Position numbers and translations under genes: made by a program. Below, one piece after another: positions 1 to 9,587 of a stretch of 64,000 nucleotides of DNA. The notes below the pieces were generated by a model. That model saw nothing but the letters and a program-made list of their open reading frames with translations, made no database searches and had not been told where the DNA came from. Positions within the stretch are counted from its first letter, which is position 1. Every line of letters begins with the position of its first letter. The DNA is from an uncultured Candidatus Bathyarchaeia archaeon (GTDB taxonomy: Archaea; Thermoproteota; Bathyarchaeia; 40CM-2-53-6; DTDX01), in the NCBI GenBank assembly GCA_964608455.1, contig CAZSNM010000002.1:16493-80492 (forward strand). The letters run 5' to 3'.

Positions 1-657
1 GATAAATCAAAGGTTGAGAAATTATTTGATCAATTAATACTGGAAAGAGTTGAAAAATGGATTCGATTAGCTGAAGAAAGATTAAGAGGCCAAAATATCG
101 CTTGTTACATTCAACCGGGAAATGATGATCGATATTTAATAGATCCAATTTTAGAAAAATCTGATGTAGTAATAAATACTGAAGGAAAAGTTTTAGAAAT
201 AGATGCGCATCATGAAATGATTAGCACTGGTCACTCAAATATTACTCCTTGGAAATGCCCTAGAGATGTTCCAGAAGAAAAGCTTTCAGAGATTATAGAA
301 GGAATGGTTTCTCAAGTTAAGAATATGAAAAATTGCATTTTTAATTTTCATTGTCCACCTTATGATACGCATTTGGATAGGGCTCCAGAACTTGATGAAA
401 ATCTTACACCAAAGCTTGACGGTTCAGGAGGCTTTAAGATGATTCCAGTAGGATCAAAATCTATTCGAAATGCTATTGAAAAATATCAACCTTTATTAGG
501 TCTTCACGGGCATATTCATGAATCAAAAGCAAGCCAGTATATCGGAAGAACTTTGTGCATAAATCCTAGAAGCGAATATGGAGAAGGAATTCTTAGAGGC
601 TGCTTAATAGAGCTTACAGATAAGGGTATAAAAAGCTTTATTTTTACGCAAGGTTAG
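1..657 (+). CDS. Calcineurin-like metallophosphoesterase, C-terminal part (5' end lies outside window)
   Basis: Frame 1 is open from nt 1 and continuous with the 217..657 ORF; GNDD and GLHGHIHE motifs typical of metallophosphoesterases. Confidence 0.6.
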   Translation, partial: DKSKVEKLFDQLILERVEKWIRLAEERLRGQNIACYIQPGNDDRYLIDPILEKSDVVINTEGKVLEIDAHHEMISTGHSNITPWKCPRDVPEEKLSEIIEGMVSQVKNMKNCIFNFHCPPYDTHLDRAPELDENLTPKLDGSGGFKMIPVGSKSIRNAIEKYQPLLGLHGHIHESKASQYIGRTLCINPRSEYGEGILRGCLIELTDKGIKSFIFTQG

Positions 658-659
658 TG

Positions 660-830
660 AGTTTCTCCACAGCTAAAGTCGGGAGCTTCCAACATGTAGA
701 AGTAGTTTTACGCCTATCTCCTCATCTGCTGGTTCGGGAGGCTTACTGCTTCCTATCCCATAAAGCTCATTACCCTTATGGGCTACTTTACCTATTTTGC
801 CTCTGCCAACATAAGCTTTAGGCTTCAATA
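660..830. ncRNA. Candidate structured RNA (GC-enriched island, identity unknown)
   Basis: About 45% GC against about 30% background; hairpins at 712-742 and 755-781 (cccataa...ttatggg); the only ORF is a 63-aa minus-strand frame without an RBS. Confidence 0.15.
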
Positions 831-1442
831 GGTTATTGCAACATACTCGCAATTTAAATTTCATCCCAAAACTAAAGTTCTAGGTTTTCTGGGCACTCAA
901 TTTATAAAAATATAACATCATTAACTTATGAAATATTTTTCTATTCTAACGTTATTTTTCTGCAAACCTTTAACATTTTGCGCAGTTATCCATCTAATTA
1001 TTTCTAAAGCTTTAAAAGCTCATCCAAGTCATTCGCATATATGTTCGCAGTAATTATCTCTACAAGTTAAAGCATTTGCTCTTATGAATTTTGCTTTAAT
1101 AAATTCAGGCTTTGCCTCCACCTCTTCTAAGTATTTTTTTAACAAAAATTTAAGCTTTTATAGTCGATTATTTTAACATCGTGCCCAGCCAACCTTTTCA
1201 ATCACGCTTAACTCCATTTTCAAATCCAACTTTCTCAAAGGCTTGCTTTTTCCTAATAGAAAATCTAAAAAATGGTTATTTTTCTAGATCCAATTTCATT
1301 CGGTCAGCCATACACTTACTTTCTGCTTAAAGATGATGCTTCATCGGATGCTATAAACTTGCTACTAATTCTTTAGTAAATTTATTAAGCCTTTTGAAAG
1401 CGGTAGATAAATTAACCATCAACTAACTTTTATCAATTCTTA

Positions 1443-2330
1443 CTAAAAGTTATGGATTTCTCCAATTTCTTTATATCCCTCTTCCTCAAATTGTAATGTT
1501 GAATGGGTTATTCCATATTTGCTTTCTAGAACCTGCTTTACTTTATTTAGCATAGCATTTAAATCTTTAATAGCCCAAGGTTTAACTGTTAAGTGAGCAC
1601 TTAAACAATGAATATAAGAGGTTATGCTCCATACATGAATATCATGAACATCAATAATTCCATCAATCTTTTTTATGGATTCTTTTAATTCATTTATATC
1701 AATATGCTTCGGTACCCCTTCTAAAAGAATGTTAAGGATTATATAAAGCATTTTTCCAGTTCCATAAATTATTATCGCGCTTATCATTAACCCAATTATT
1801 GGATCAATAAAATACCATCCTGTAAAAAATATTATTAAGGCTCCAATTATAACTCCAATAGATGAAATGGTATCGCCTAAAACATGAAGAAAAGCTGCTT
1901 TAATATTTAAGTTTAATGAATGCTTTGAAAGAAAGCTTATTGAAAGTAAATTAGCAATTAACCCTATAACAGCTATAATTAGCATTTCTAAACTTTTTAT
2001 TTCAACTTTATGAATAAACCTGTTAAATGCTTCATAGGAAATAAAAATCGATATAAAAGCAAGCATTACTCCATTAGTTAACGCTGATAAAACTTCAACT
2101 CTATAGTAACCATAAGTTTTATCTTTTGTAGGAGGTTTTAAAGCTATTTTTCCAGCCATAAAACAAAGAAGTAAAGCTGTTAAATCCGAAAGCATATGCC
2201 AAGCATCGCTTAATAAAGCTAAGCTATTAGATATTAAACCACCAATCATCTCAAGAGTCATTATTCCGCCTGTGATGAAAAGCGCAGCTATTAAGCTTTT
2301 TTGTTCAGAAGCTTTTGCATCGCATTTCAA
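1443..2330 (-). CDS. Cation diffusion facilitator (CDF) family divalent-metal efflux transporter
   Basis: Six TM segments, HxxxD-type motifs (SDAWHMLSD, HVLGD) and a C-terminal cytoplasmic domain typical of CzcD/ZitB. Confidence 0.85.
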   Translation of the reverse strand: MKCDAKASEQKSLIAALFITGGIMTLEMIGGLISNSLALLSDAWHMLSDLTALLLCFMAGKIALKPPTKDKTYGYYRVEVLSALTNGVMLAFISIFISYEAFNRFIHKVEIKSLEMLIIAVIGLIANLLSISFLSKHSLNLNIKAAFLHVLGDTISSIGVIIGALIIFFTGWYFIDPIIGLMISAIIIYGTGKMLYIILNILLEGVPKHIDINELKESIKKIDGIIDVHDIHVWSITSYIHCLSAHLTVKPWAIKDLNAMLNKVKQVLESKYGITHSTLQFEEEGYKEIGEIHNF

Positions 2331-2417
2331 TTTTATTCTTTAAACCTCAAAAAATAAAGTTTACCTAATTTTCTCCACAAGCAAAAATGAAAGGGTATAT
2401 AAAGAATTTCCCTTATA

Positions 2418-3725
2418 TTAAAAATTTTGTTTTCTATTTAAAAAATCAGTTATATGAACGGAGCAAGAAATGCATGGGTCATAAGCTCTAACAAGCATTT
2501 CGCATCTTAAGGTTGCTTCCTCTAATGGTAAATTATGAATTTGCATCGCATAAGCCTTTAAATCTTCATCAATATTTTTAGCGTTATGAGCTGTAGGTGT
2601 TACTATATCAGCTTTTTTCACTATTCCTTTATCGTTAAGTTCATAACAATGATAAAGAATGCCTCTAGGAGCTTCTACTATAGCACATCCAACTCCAGCT
2701 TTAGGTTTAATATCCGCTTCAGTTACAATCTCATTTTTAAGAGGAGTTAATTCATCAATAAGCATTAAAGAATATTCTATGCAGTTTAAAAGTTCTATAG
2801 CTCTAGCTATAAGCGCCTTAAAAGGTTTATATATAGTTGGTTTAAAACCTATTTTTTCAGCTAAAGATTTAGCTTTATCAGCTAAAGTATTAAAGTTTAG
2901 GTTTACTCTAGCTAAAGGTCCAACCATAAATGAGCTTCTTCCATTCACTATAGAATGTTTAGCCCATGAATAATCTGCTTGAATTTCTCGTATATATTTT
3001 CGGTATTCCTCCTCTTTACAATTTAATCCTTCTGTTGAAGAAAGAATTCCATCATTTATTGGGTATATATCTTTTCTTGTTAACGCTATCTGCTCGCATT
3101 TTCTTTCAAACTCAGGTATATCTAGACTAGCGAAAAACTCTATTGTTTCTTCACCATCCTTCAAAGCTGTTTTTAATCTTTTCTTTAATTCTTCAAGCAT
3201 TGTTTTCGATGGTAACGCCGTAAAGCCGCCTACTACAGCTGAGACGGGATGAATAGCTTTTCCTCCAATAGCCTCTGTAATATCGTTTCCAAGTTTTTTA
3301 AGCATTAAACCTTTTTTAACAAGATTAAGATGTTTTTCAGCCATTGAAATAGCGCTTTCATAACCAAGATAATCTGGTGCCGCCAATAAATAAAGGTTTA
3401 ATGCATGGCTTTGTAAATGGTTGGCAAAATTCATAAGCATTCTTAATTTTTTTGTTTGCTCGCTAACTTCAAGTTTTAAAGCATTTTCTATAGCGCGTAA
3501 AGCACATATTTGATGGGGAACAGGGCATATACCGCATATTCTAGAAGTTAATTCATGAACTTCATTATATTTTCTTCCAACTAAAAAAGCCTCAAAGAAT
3601 TTAGGTGGCTCAAATATTCCAAAGCGAGCTTCTTCCACAACGCCATCTACAATTTTTATTTTAATTTCTCCTTGACCTTCAACCCTAGATATATAGCCTA
3701 CTTCAATATTTTTTTCAATGCTCAT
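2418..3725 (-). CDS. hydA: [NiFe] hydrogenase large (alpha) subunit, group 3b (sulfhydrogenase HydA-like)
   Basis: N-terminal RICGICPVPH and C-terminal DPCISCSVH Ni-binding motifs; start moved to the internal ATG (MSIEKN) preceded by GAGGAGG; gene order matches Pyrococcus hydBGDA. Confidence 0.9.
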   Translation of the reverse strand: MSIEKNIEVGYISRVEGQGEIKIKIVDGVVEEARFGIFEPPKFFEAFLVGRKYNEVHELTSRICGICPVPHQICALRAIENALKLEVSEQTKKLRMLMNFANHLQSHALNLYLLAAPDYLGYESAISMAEKHLNLVKKGLMLKKLGNDITEAIGGKAIHPVSAVVGGFTALPSKTMLEELKKRLKTALKDGEETIEFFASLDIPEFERKCEQIALTRKDIYPINDGILSSTEGLNCKEEEYRKYIREIQADYSWAKHSIVNGRSSFMVGPLARVNLNFNTLADKAKSLAEKIGFKPTIYKPFKALIARAIELLNCIEYSLMLIDELTPLKNEIVTEADIKPKAGVGCAIVEAPRGILYHCYELNDKGIVKKADIVTPTAHNAKNIDEDLKAYAMQIHNLPLEEATLRCEMLVRAYDPCISCSVHITDFLNRKQNF

Positions 3726-4503
3726 AATTTTTATTCGCCTCCTCAAATAAAGCAGGAGTAATTCCTGCATATTTTCTAAATTTTCTAGCCGCATCCTCCT
3801 TTGATAAACCGCATTTATTTATAAATGTTTCAGCCAAAGATTTAGCGTTGGCATCACTCATAGGTCCATAGCATCCTTCGCATACTCTATTTAAAGATGG
3901 ACATAAGGCACCGCATCCAGCAGCTGTAACGGGGCCCATGCAAGGTCTACCCTCAAAAGTAAGCAAGCAAATATTTTCTTTAAGTTTGCATTCAATGCAT
4001 ACTGGATGAACTCTAAGGAATGGTTTTCTTTGAATTAAAGCGCTTTTAACAACTTCTAAAATAAGGTTTTTATGTGGAGGGCACCCTTTTAACTCAATAT
4101 CAACTTTAACAAACTCTTTTAATGGAATTATTCTTTGGAAGGATTCTTTTTTTGAATGAATTGCTGAAAAATCTTCATAAACTTTAGCAGAAACAGCTGG
4201 CGGAACCCAATTTAAAATTGATGGAATACATCCTGTGCATGCACAGTCCCCAAATGCGATTAAAACTTTAGATTTTGCTCTTAACTCTCTTAATTCATTT
4301 AATTCTCTTGGAGTTGAAATTGAGCCTTCAATAAAGGTTGCGTCATATGGGCCTTCAAGATTAACTCTTTTAGCCATAACAAAATATGAAATCTCCACGT
4401 TTTTTAGCAAATCTAAAAGTTCATCTTCAAGCCTTAAAAACTCCATTTGACAACCTGCACAACCAGTCATTTTTACAACAGCTACCTTTAATTTTTCATT
4501 CAA
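3715..4503 (-). CDS. hydD: [NiFe] hydrogenase small (delta) subunit
   Basis: Cys clusters GCAGC, GDCACTGC and GCPP; aligns with P. furiosus HydD from KLKVAVV onward; TTG start 9 nt after GGAGG (the track ATG abuts the SD). Confidence 0.85.
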   Translation of the reverse strand: MNEKLKVAVVKMTGCAGCQMEFLRLEDELLDLLKNVEISYFVMAKRVNLEGPYDATFIEGSISTPRELNELRELRAKSKVLIAFGDCACTGCIPSILNWVPPAVSAKVYEDFSAIHSKKESFQRIIPLKEFVKVDIELKGCPPHKNLILEVVKSALIQRKPFLRVHPVCIECKLKENICLLTFEGRPCMGPVTAAGCGALCPSLNRVCEGCYGPMSDANAKSLAETFINKCGLSKEDAARKFRKYAGITPALFEEANKNYEH

Positions 4504-4520
4504 AACTTTCATCCTCCATT

Positions 4521-5354
4521 TTAAATTATTAAATCAGGTAAACCTTTTATTTCAGAATAAGCAAATACAGGGCCATCCTTGCAAACATATTTTTTGCCTA
4601 TTTGGCAATGGCCGCATTGAGCTATACCGCATTTCATTCTTCTTTCAAGAGAAACATAAATTTGATCTTCAGAAAAACCTTTAGCAATAAGTCCTTTAAC
4701 TACAAAATGCATCATTATTTCTGGACCGCAAGTCATAACTATAGCGTTATCTGGAGTTGTTTCCATATCTTCAAAAAGAATTGGGACAACACCAACTTTA
4801 TAATTCCATTTAACCCCTCTTGGAACAGCATCAACTGTTAAGCGCAAAATAGAATTTGGAATTTTTCTCCAAGCTTCAAATTCGCTTGTGAATATCATAT
4901 CGTTAGGGGTTCTAGCTCCATAAAGAATTTCAAGTCTTCCATATTTGCTTCGGTTTTTAGCTATATAAAGAATGACGGGCTTTAATGGTGCAAGCCCTAT
5001 TCCTCCAGCAACTAAAAGAACATCTTTTCCTTCAGCTTTATCTAAAGGCCAACCTTCACCATATGGTCCTCGCATATATAATTTATCGCCTTCCTTGCAT
5101 GAATGAAGCTTTTGCGTGAAGTTGCCAACCTTTCTAATGGTTGTTTCAAAGGTTCCATCTTGAATTAAAGAACTTAAAGAAAAAGCCGCCTCTCCAAAAC
5201 CAAATATTGAAAGCAATATAAATCTTCCAGGTTTAAACTCTTCTTCAGAAATAAATGAACCGTTTGAAAAAGCTAAGGTATAAGTGTTTGTATCTTTAGT
5301 TTCAGATTTAATTTTTTTAATTATACATTCACTTAATCTATATGGATCTTGCAT
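4521..5354 (-). CDS. hydG: Sulfhydrogenase gamma subunit (FAD/NAD(P)-binding oxidoreductase with 2Fe-2S)
   Basis: GxGxxP nucleotide-binding region and C-terminal CGIAQCGHC motif; aligns to HydG; ATG preceded by GGTGAG. Confidence 0.85.
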   Translation of the reverse strand: MQDPYRLSECIIKKIKSETKDTNTYTLAFSNGSFISEEEFKPGRFILLSIFGFGEAAFSLSSLIQDGTFETTIRKVGNFTQKLHSCKEGDKLYMRGPYGEGWPLDKAEGKDVLLVAGGIGLAPLKPVILYIAKNRSKYGRLEILYGARTPNDMIFTSEFEAWRKIPNSILRLTVDAVPRGVKWNYKVGVVPILFEDMETTPDNAIVMTCGPEIMMHFVVKGLIAKGFSEDQIYVSLERRMKCGIAQCGHCQIGKKYVCKDGPVFAYSEIKGLPDLII

Positions 5355-6438
5355 TTTTCTCACCTATACTAGCTAAAACATTTTTTAAAGCAGTTACTTC
5401 TGTCACATTTTTTTCACCTTTAATTATAGCAGCAACTTCAGTTATATCTATTCCAACAGGACATGTTTTTATGCATCGACCACAACCAACGCATTTAAAT
5501 TCACCATTAAAAACATTATATTGGGAAGCCCCTCCCCAACCAAGGTTATGCCCCATAAATTGCCTAACTCTAGCAGCTCTATCTCTTCTAAAGTTTCCTC
5601 CTAAAGCTACCTCAGCAAACTCCAACAAAAAGCAAGCATCCCATTCTTTATAGCGTATTCCACCATCCAAACTTAAATTTAGTTCATCTCTAACATCAAA
5701 GCAATAACATGTAGGGCATGATAAAACGCATTGACCACATGCCAAATCCACTTCCCCAAGCAAACGCCATATCTCATGATTTAAATTCTTTTGAATCAAT
5801 TCCGGAAGGTTGCGCACATCTATTTTTCTTTTAAATTTTTGTTTAGTTAATTCTACAACTCTTCTTTTTTCCTCTAGCTCTTTATTGGAAGCCTCTTTAC
5901 CTTTAATTAATTTAATTAATTTTTCTCCAATTTCGCTTCCAGACTCAACTAAATAATTTTCATTAATTTTTGTTAATAACAAGTCGAAACCTTTAGTTGG
6001 TGTTGGACCTGTACCCATGGATTCGCAAAAACATGTTTCGCTAGGATTATTACAAGTTAAAGCTATAATGATTAAGTTTTCTCTTCTTTTAGCATATCTA
6101 AGGCATGGAAACTTATCCATGAAAACTTTATCAAGTAAAAGAAAAGCATTTAAATCGCATGAATGAATCCCAAAAATCACCTGTTTCTTTTTAAACTGCG
6201 GTTCTTCAGAGGTGACTTCCCCTTTAGTAAACCTTAATAAATTTTCTCTTTGAGGTATAAGATATTTTTTTGGAGGTAAAATTGTTGTTGAATAATCTAA
6301 TGCTATTTCCTCAAAAGAGTTTACTTCATTAAACTCATAAAGAGACTTTTTTCTCTTAGGTGCTACAACATCATATTCCTCTAAAAGCCTATTAAAAAAG
6401 ATTAAAAGATCACTTTCTTTGCAAACTTTAGCCTTCAA
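5338..6438 (-). CDS. hydB: Sulfhydrogenase beta subunit (4Fe-4S cluster protein, HydB/AsrA-like)
   Basis: CGQCVLSCPTCYC and CVGCGRCIKTCP ferredoxin-type motifs; TTG start 9 nt downstream of GGAGG. Confidence 0.85.
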   Translation of the reverse strand: MKAKVCKESDLLIFFNRLLEEYDVVAPKRKKSLYEFNEVNSFEEIALDYSTTILPPKKYLIPQRENLLRFTKGEVTSEEPQFKKKQVIFGIHSCDLNAFLLLDKVFMDKFPCLRYAKRRENLIIIALTCNNPSETCFCESMGTGPTPTKGFDLLLTKINENYLVESGSEIGEKLIKLIKGKEASNKELEEKRRVVELTKQKFKRKIDVRNLPELIQKNLNHEIWRLLGEVDLACGQCVLSCPTCYCFDVRDELNLSLDGGIRYKEWDACFLLEFAEVALGGNFRRDRAARVRQFMGHNLGWGGASQYNVFNGEFKCVGCGRCIKTCPVGIDITEVAAIIKGEKNVTEVTALKNVLASIGEKNARSI

Positions 6439-6593
6439 AAAGTGTTTCCTCCTTTTTCTTAACTCATTATAATGCGCTACTCTTTATTATTTTGTAAATT
6501 TAAAATTTTTGGTTTGATATATACCTTGATAATTATCATTAAAAATATTGTATTTAAATTTAACGCAGTTAAAATTTTATTTAATTTCTAGCC

Positions 6594-7100
6594 TTAATAA
6601 ATGGAAATTTTTTCTACACCTTTAACATTTAAAAGTTTAGGGATAAGGTTTCCAGGAATTTTCTTTTCTGTTATCAATGTTAATTTAGGTTGAGGCGTTA
6701 ATTCAGGATCATCAGCTAAAGCTTGACGTATACCTATTCCTTCTTCAGCCAATATTGAAGCTGCTCCAGCTAAAACTCCAACAGCTTTGGGATCTATAGG
6801 AGTTATTTCAACAACCCCAAAACCTAAATGTTTTGCAAGCTCCTTTAAAGATAAACCTGCTGATCTAATATTTGTAAATATAATGTTTAATTCTTTATTC
6901 TCTTGAATGGCTTTAATTGTTTCGCAAACGGTTCTTCTATCTACTCCAGCAAACTTAGCAATTTTAGCTGCTGGAACCTCAATTTCATTGCAATAAATTT
7001 TTCCATTATGGTTTATTCTTAAACCATTTTCAACAAGCACCTTAGCAACTTTTAATCTTTCAGGATGCTTTTTAAAAAATGAAGCGATTCTATTCCACAA
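6594..7100 (-). CDS. ACT-domain putative regulator of amino-acid metabolism (COG2150-like)
   Basis: N-terminal HTH-like region plus a C-terminal ACT-like fold (VGVLAGAASILAEEGI); divergent from trpB2; TTG start. Confidence 0.5.
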   Translation of the reverse strand: MWNRIASFFKKHPERLKVAKVLVENGLRINHNGKIYCNEIEVPAAKIAKFAGVDRRTVCETIKAIQENKELNIIFTNIRSAGLSLKELAKHLGFGVVEITPIDPKAVGVLAGAASILAEEGIGIRQALADDPELTPQPKLTLITEKKIPGNLIPKLLNVKGVEKISIY

Positions 7101-7269
7101 GATTCATTACCATTAAATATGTATTTTTAGGCTTTGTTAAATTAATACTTTACGATAAATATGAAGATAAATAGGCTATTAGGAATATTTTTACTCCCGA
7201 AAGATTAAAATACTTCTTTCATCATTAAAAATAGCATTTAACAAGCAGGTTAAGCGAGGTTTCCAGTTT

Positions 7270-8637
7270 ATGCCAAAAGAAAAAATCGATAAGGAACATG
7301 CGGTTTTTTTAAGCCCTGATGAAATGCCAGATTCATGGTATAATATTTTAGCGGATTTTCCAGAACCTTTACCTCCACCATTAGATCCAAAAACTCTTCA
7401 ACCAATAAATCCTGAATCACTTTTTCGCATTTTTGCTAAAGAACTTGTTCTTCAAGAAGCCTCAACAACCCGCTATATTAAAATTCCTGAAGAGGTTAGG
7501 GATGCGTACCTTAGAATTCCTAGACCGACTCCTCTTATACGCGCTAAAAGACTTGAAAAATTTCTTAAAACTCCAGCTGAAATCTATTATAAATGCGAGC
7601 AATTAAGCCCTACCGGAAGCCATAAATCAAATACAGCTATTCCTCAAGCCTACTATAATATGATTCAAGGTGTTGAAAAAGTTGTAACTGAAACAGGAGC
7701 TGGACAATGGGGTTCAGCGTTAGCAATGGCTGCTGCAATATTTAATTTAAAATGCACTGTTTATATGACAGCTTCAAGCTATGATAAAAAACCTGGAAGA
7801 AGAATAATGATGGAGGTTTGGGGAGCTAAAGTTTATAGATCTCCAAGCGAAAACACAGAATTTGGAAGGAAAATTCTTTCTAAAGATCCTAATCATCCTG
7901 GATCTCTTGGAATTGCAATAAGTGAAGCTATAGAAGATGTTCTTAAAAATGAAAATTCTAGATATTGTTTAGGCTCAGTTTTAAACCATGTTTTGCTTCA
8001 TCAAACAATAATTGGTCAAGAAGCTAAAAAACAATTTGAAATGATAGATGTTTATCCTGATGTTATATGCGGTTGCATTGGTGGAGGCTCAAACTATGCT
8101 GGTTTCAGTTATCCATTTATGATGGATAAATTAAAAGGGAAAAAACCTGAAACTGAATTTATAGCTTGCGAGCCGAAAGCTGTTCCTTCAACTACAAAAG
8201 GTAAATATACTTATGATTTTGGTGATTCAGCGGAGATAACCCCCTTATTAAAAATGTATACAATAGGCCATAATTATTATCCACCGCCAATTCATGGTGC
8301 AGGCTTAAGATATCATGGAAAAGCTCCATCAATGTGCTATCTTATAAATAAAGGTTATATGAAGTCTGTAGCTTACGATCAAACTTCTGTTGGTGAAGCT
8401 GCAAAAATATTTGCTCAAACCGAAGGGGTGATGACAGCTCCAGAAACAGCTCATGCAATTAAATGCGTTATTGATATAGCTTTAGAATGCAAAAAAACAG
8501 GTGAAAAAAAAGTTATAGCATTTAATAATAGTGGTCATGGACTTTTAGATTTAACATTTTATGAAGAGCTTATTGAAGGAAAACTAGTTGATTGGGAGCC
8601 AACAAAAATAATTATTCCAGAATACATTAAAAACTAA
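7270..8637 (+). CDS. trpB: Tryptophan synthase beta chain paralog TrpB2 (PLP-dependent)
   Basis: TGSHKSNTAIPQAYY PLP-lysine motif, GGGSN motif, about 450 aa, typical TrpB2. Confidence 0.85.
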   Translation: MPKEKIDKEHAVFLSPDEMPDSWYNILADFPEPLPPPLDPKTLQPINPESLFRIFAKELVLQEASTTRYIKIPEEVRDAYLRIPRPTPLIRAKRLEKFLKTPAEIYYKCEQLSPTGSHKSNTAIPQAYYNMIQGVEKVVTETGAGQWGSALAMAAAIFNLKCTVYMTASSYDKKPGRRIMMEVWGAKVYRSPSENTEFGRKILSKDPNHPGSLGIAISEAIEDVLKNENSRYCLGSVLNHVLLHQTIIGQEAKKQFEMIDVYPDVICGCIGGGSNYAGFSYPFMMDKLKGKKPETEFIACEPKAVPSTTKGKYTYDFGDSAEITPLLKMYTIGHNYYPPPIHGAGLRYHGKAPSMCYLINKGYMKSVAYDQTSVGEAAKIFAQTEGVMTAPETAHAIKCVIDIALECKKTGEKKVIAFNNSGHGLLDLTFYEELIEGKLVDWEPTKIIIPEYIKN

Positions 8638-8674
8638 AAAATTTATTTTATTTTTATTCTTTAAATATAAACTT

Positions 8675-9163
8675 ATGAAAATTGATAGGAAAGCTCTTAA
8701 AGATAATTTATTAAAGGCTATTTTACTTCAAATATCAATTTTTTCAATTTTTCTTGCTATAGTTTATGCAGATAGATGGATTATAGAAGAATTGTTTAAG
8801 CCATATAATTTGCTTCATTATACTAGATTATTTCATTGGGTTTTCTTTGATGTTTTATCAAATGTTATTTATGCATGTTTAGGCTTAGTCTATATTGTTG
8901 CTAAGGGATTAAAAAACTGGAGGATTGGAGCAACCATATTTTTTGAGGGCTTTATTTTAATTCGTTTAGGTATGGAAGATTTATTTTATTATATACTTTT
9001 TAGGGATGTTGTACCATCAAAGCTTCCTTGGCTTAATTATAATCCTGTTTTGGTAGCTTCAACTTTCGCTGTTTCTAAAGCAGGATTAAGCTTATCCATT
9101 TTAATTTCAATTTTAATTATATTAACTGTTTGGATGTTGCTAATTTATCGTTATAAAATTTAA
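8675..9163 (+). CDS. Hypothetical integral membrane protein
   Basis: Four to five hydrophobic helices; no recognisable motif. Confidence 0.45.
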   Translation: MKIDRKALKDNLLKAILLQISIFSIFLAIVYADRWIIEELFKPYNLLHYTRLFHWVFFDVLSNVIYACLGLVYIVAKGLKNWRIGATIFFEGFILIRLGMEDLFYYILFRDVVPSKLPWLNYNPVLVASTFAVSKAGLSLSILISILIILTVWMLLIYRYKI

Positions 9164-9447
9164 TCTTTTATAGCTTCTAAAAAGCTTACAACATTCCAAA
9201 GTTTAACACGAGTATATGGAGGCATATTTGGATCTTGAGAGATTTCCTCTAGTATAGCTATTGCATTTGAAGCTCTAACACCTAAAGTAAATCTTGAATC
9301 TTGAAGAGCATTAATAGTTTCTTTAGCAGCTCTTCTAATATTTCTTGGAGTTGTAGTATCTTGAGAAACTTCAGTTAAAACATTTAAAGCTTGTTTAATT
9401 CTTTCCTCATATTCAGCCAATTTTTTAGTTGATTTTCTAGGAGTCAT
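9160..9447 (-). CDS. UPF0147 family small protein
   Basis: PRNIRRAAKE and DPNMPPYTR motifs match archaeal UPF0147; start set at ATG (MTPRKS) 7 nt after GGGAGG. Confidence 0.8.
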   Translation of the reverse strand: MTPRKSTKKLAEYEERIKQALNVLTEVSQDTTTPRNIRRAAKETINALQDSRFTLGVRASNAIAILEEISQDPNMPPYTRVKLWNVVSFLEAIKD

Positions 9448-9587
9448 AATAACGCCTCCCAACAAGTCCCTTAAAATAAAAATTTGATTAAATTAAAAGA
9501 TTAAATTATTTTAGTTTATTTTAAATCTTGCTTTTTATTTATTTCTTATTATAAAGCCTAAATTTAATATTTATGGTGAAAAATGAA

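Noticed and set aside
673-864. 63-aa minus-strand ORF (MKFKLRVCCNN...) as a protein-coding gene
   Set aside because: No RBS or promoter, no recognisable homology; lies on a GC-enriched island more consistent with structural RNA. Kept only as part of the ncRNA candidate.
2659-2973. 104-aa plus-strand ORF inside hydA, and similar antisense or embedded ORFs (4235..4450, 4602..4841, 5342..5653, 10483..10731, 12250..12444, 13577..13780, 17498..17710, 21590..21772, 22206..22394, 22660..22845, 23884..24129, 25602..25823, 26213..26563, 28930..29112, 30157..30351, 31728..32078, 38523..38986, 39510..39734, 41994..42194, 43027..43248, 46105..46287, 46978..47226, 48756..48938, 53100..53453, 53796..54083, 56534..56740, 58801..59046, 60261..60680, 61964..62269, 62318..62542)
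   Set aside because: All lie antisense to, or out of frame within, well-supported conserved genes. Their low-complexity S/F/L/I-rich composition is what antisense frames of AT-rich coding DNA produce, and none has an RBS.
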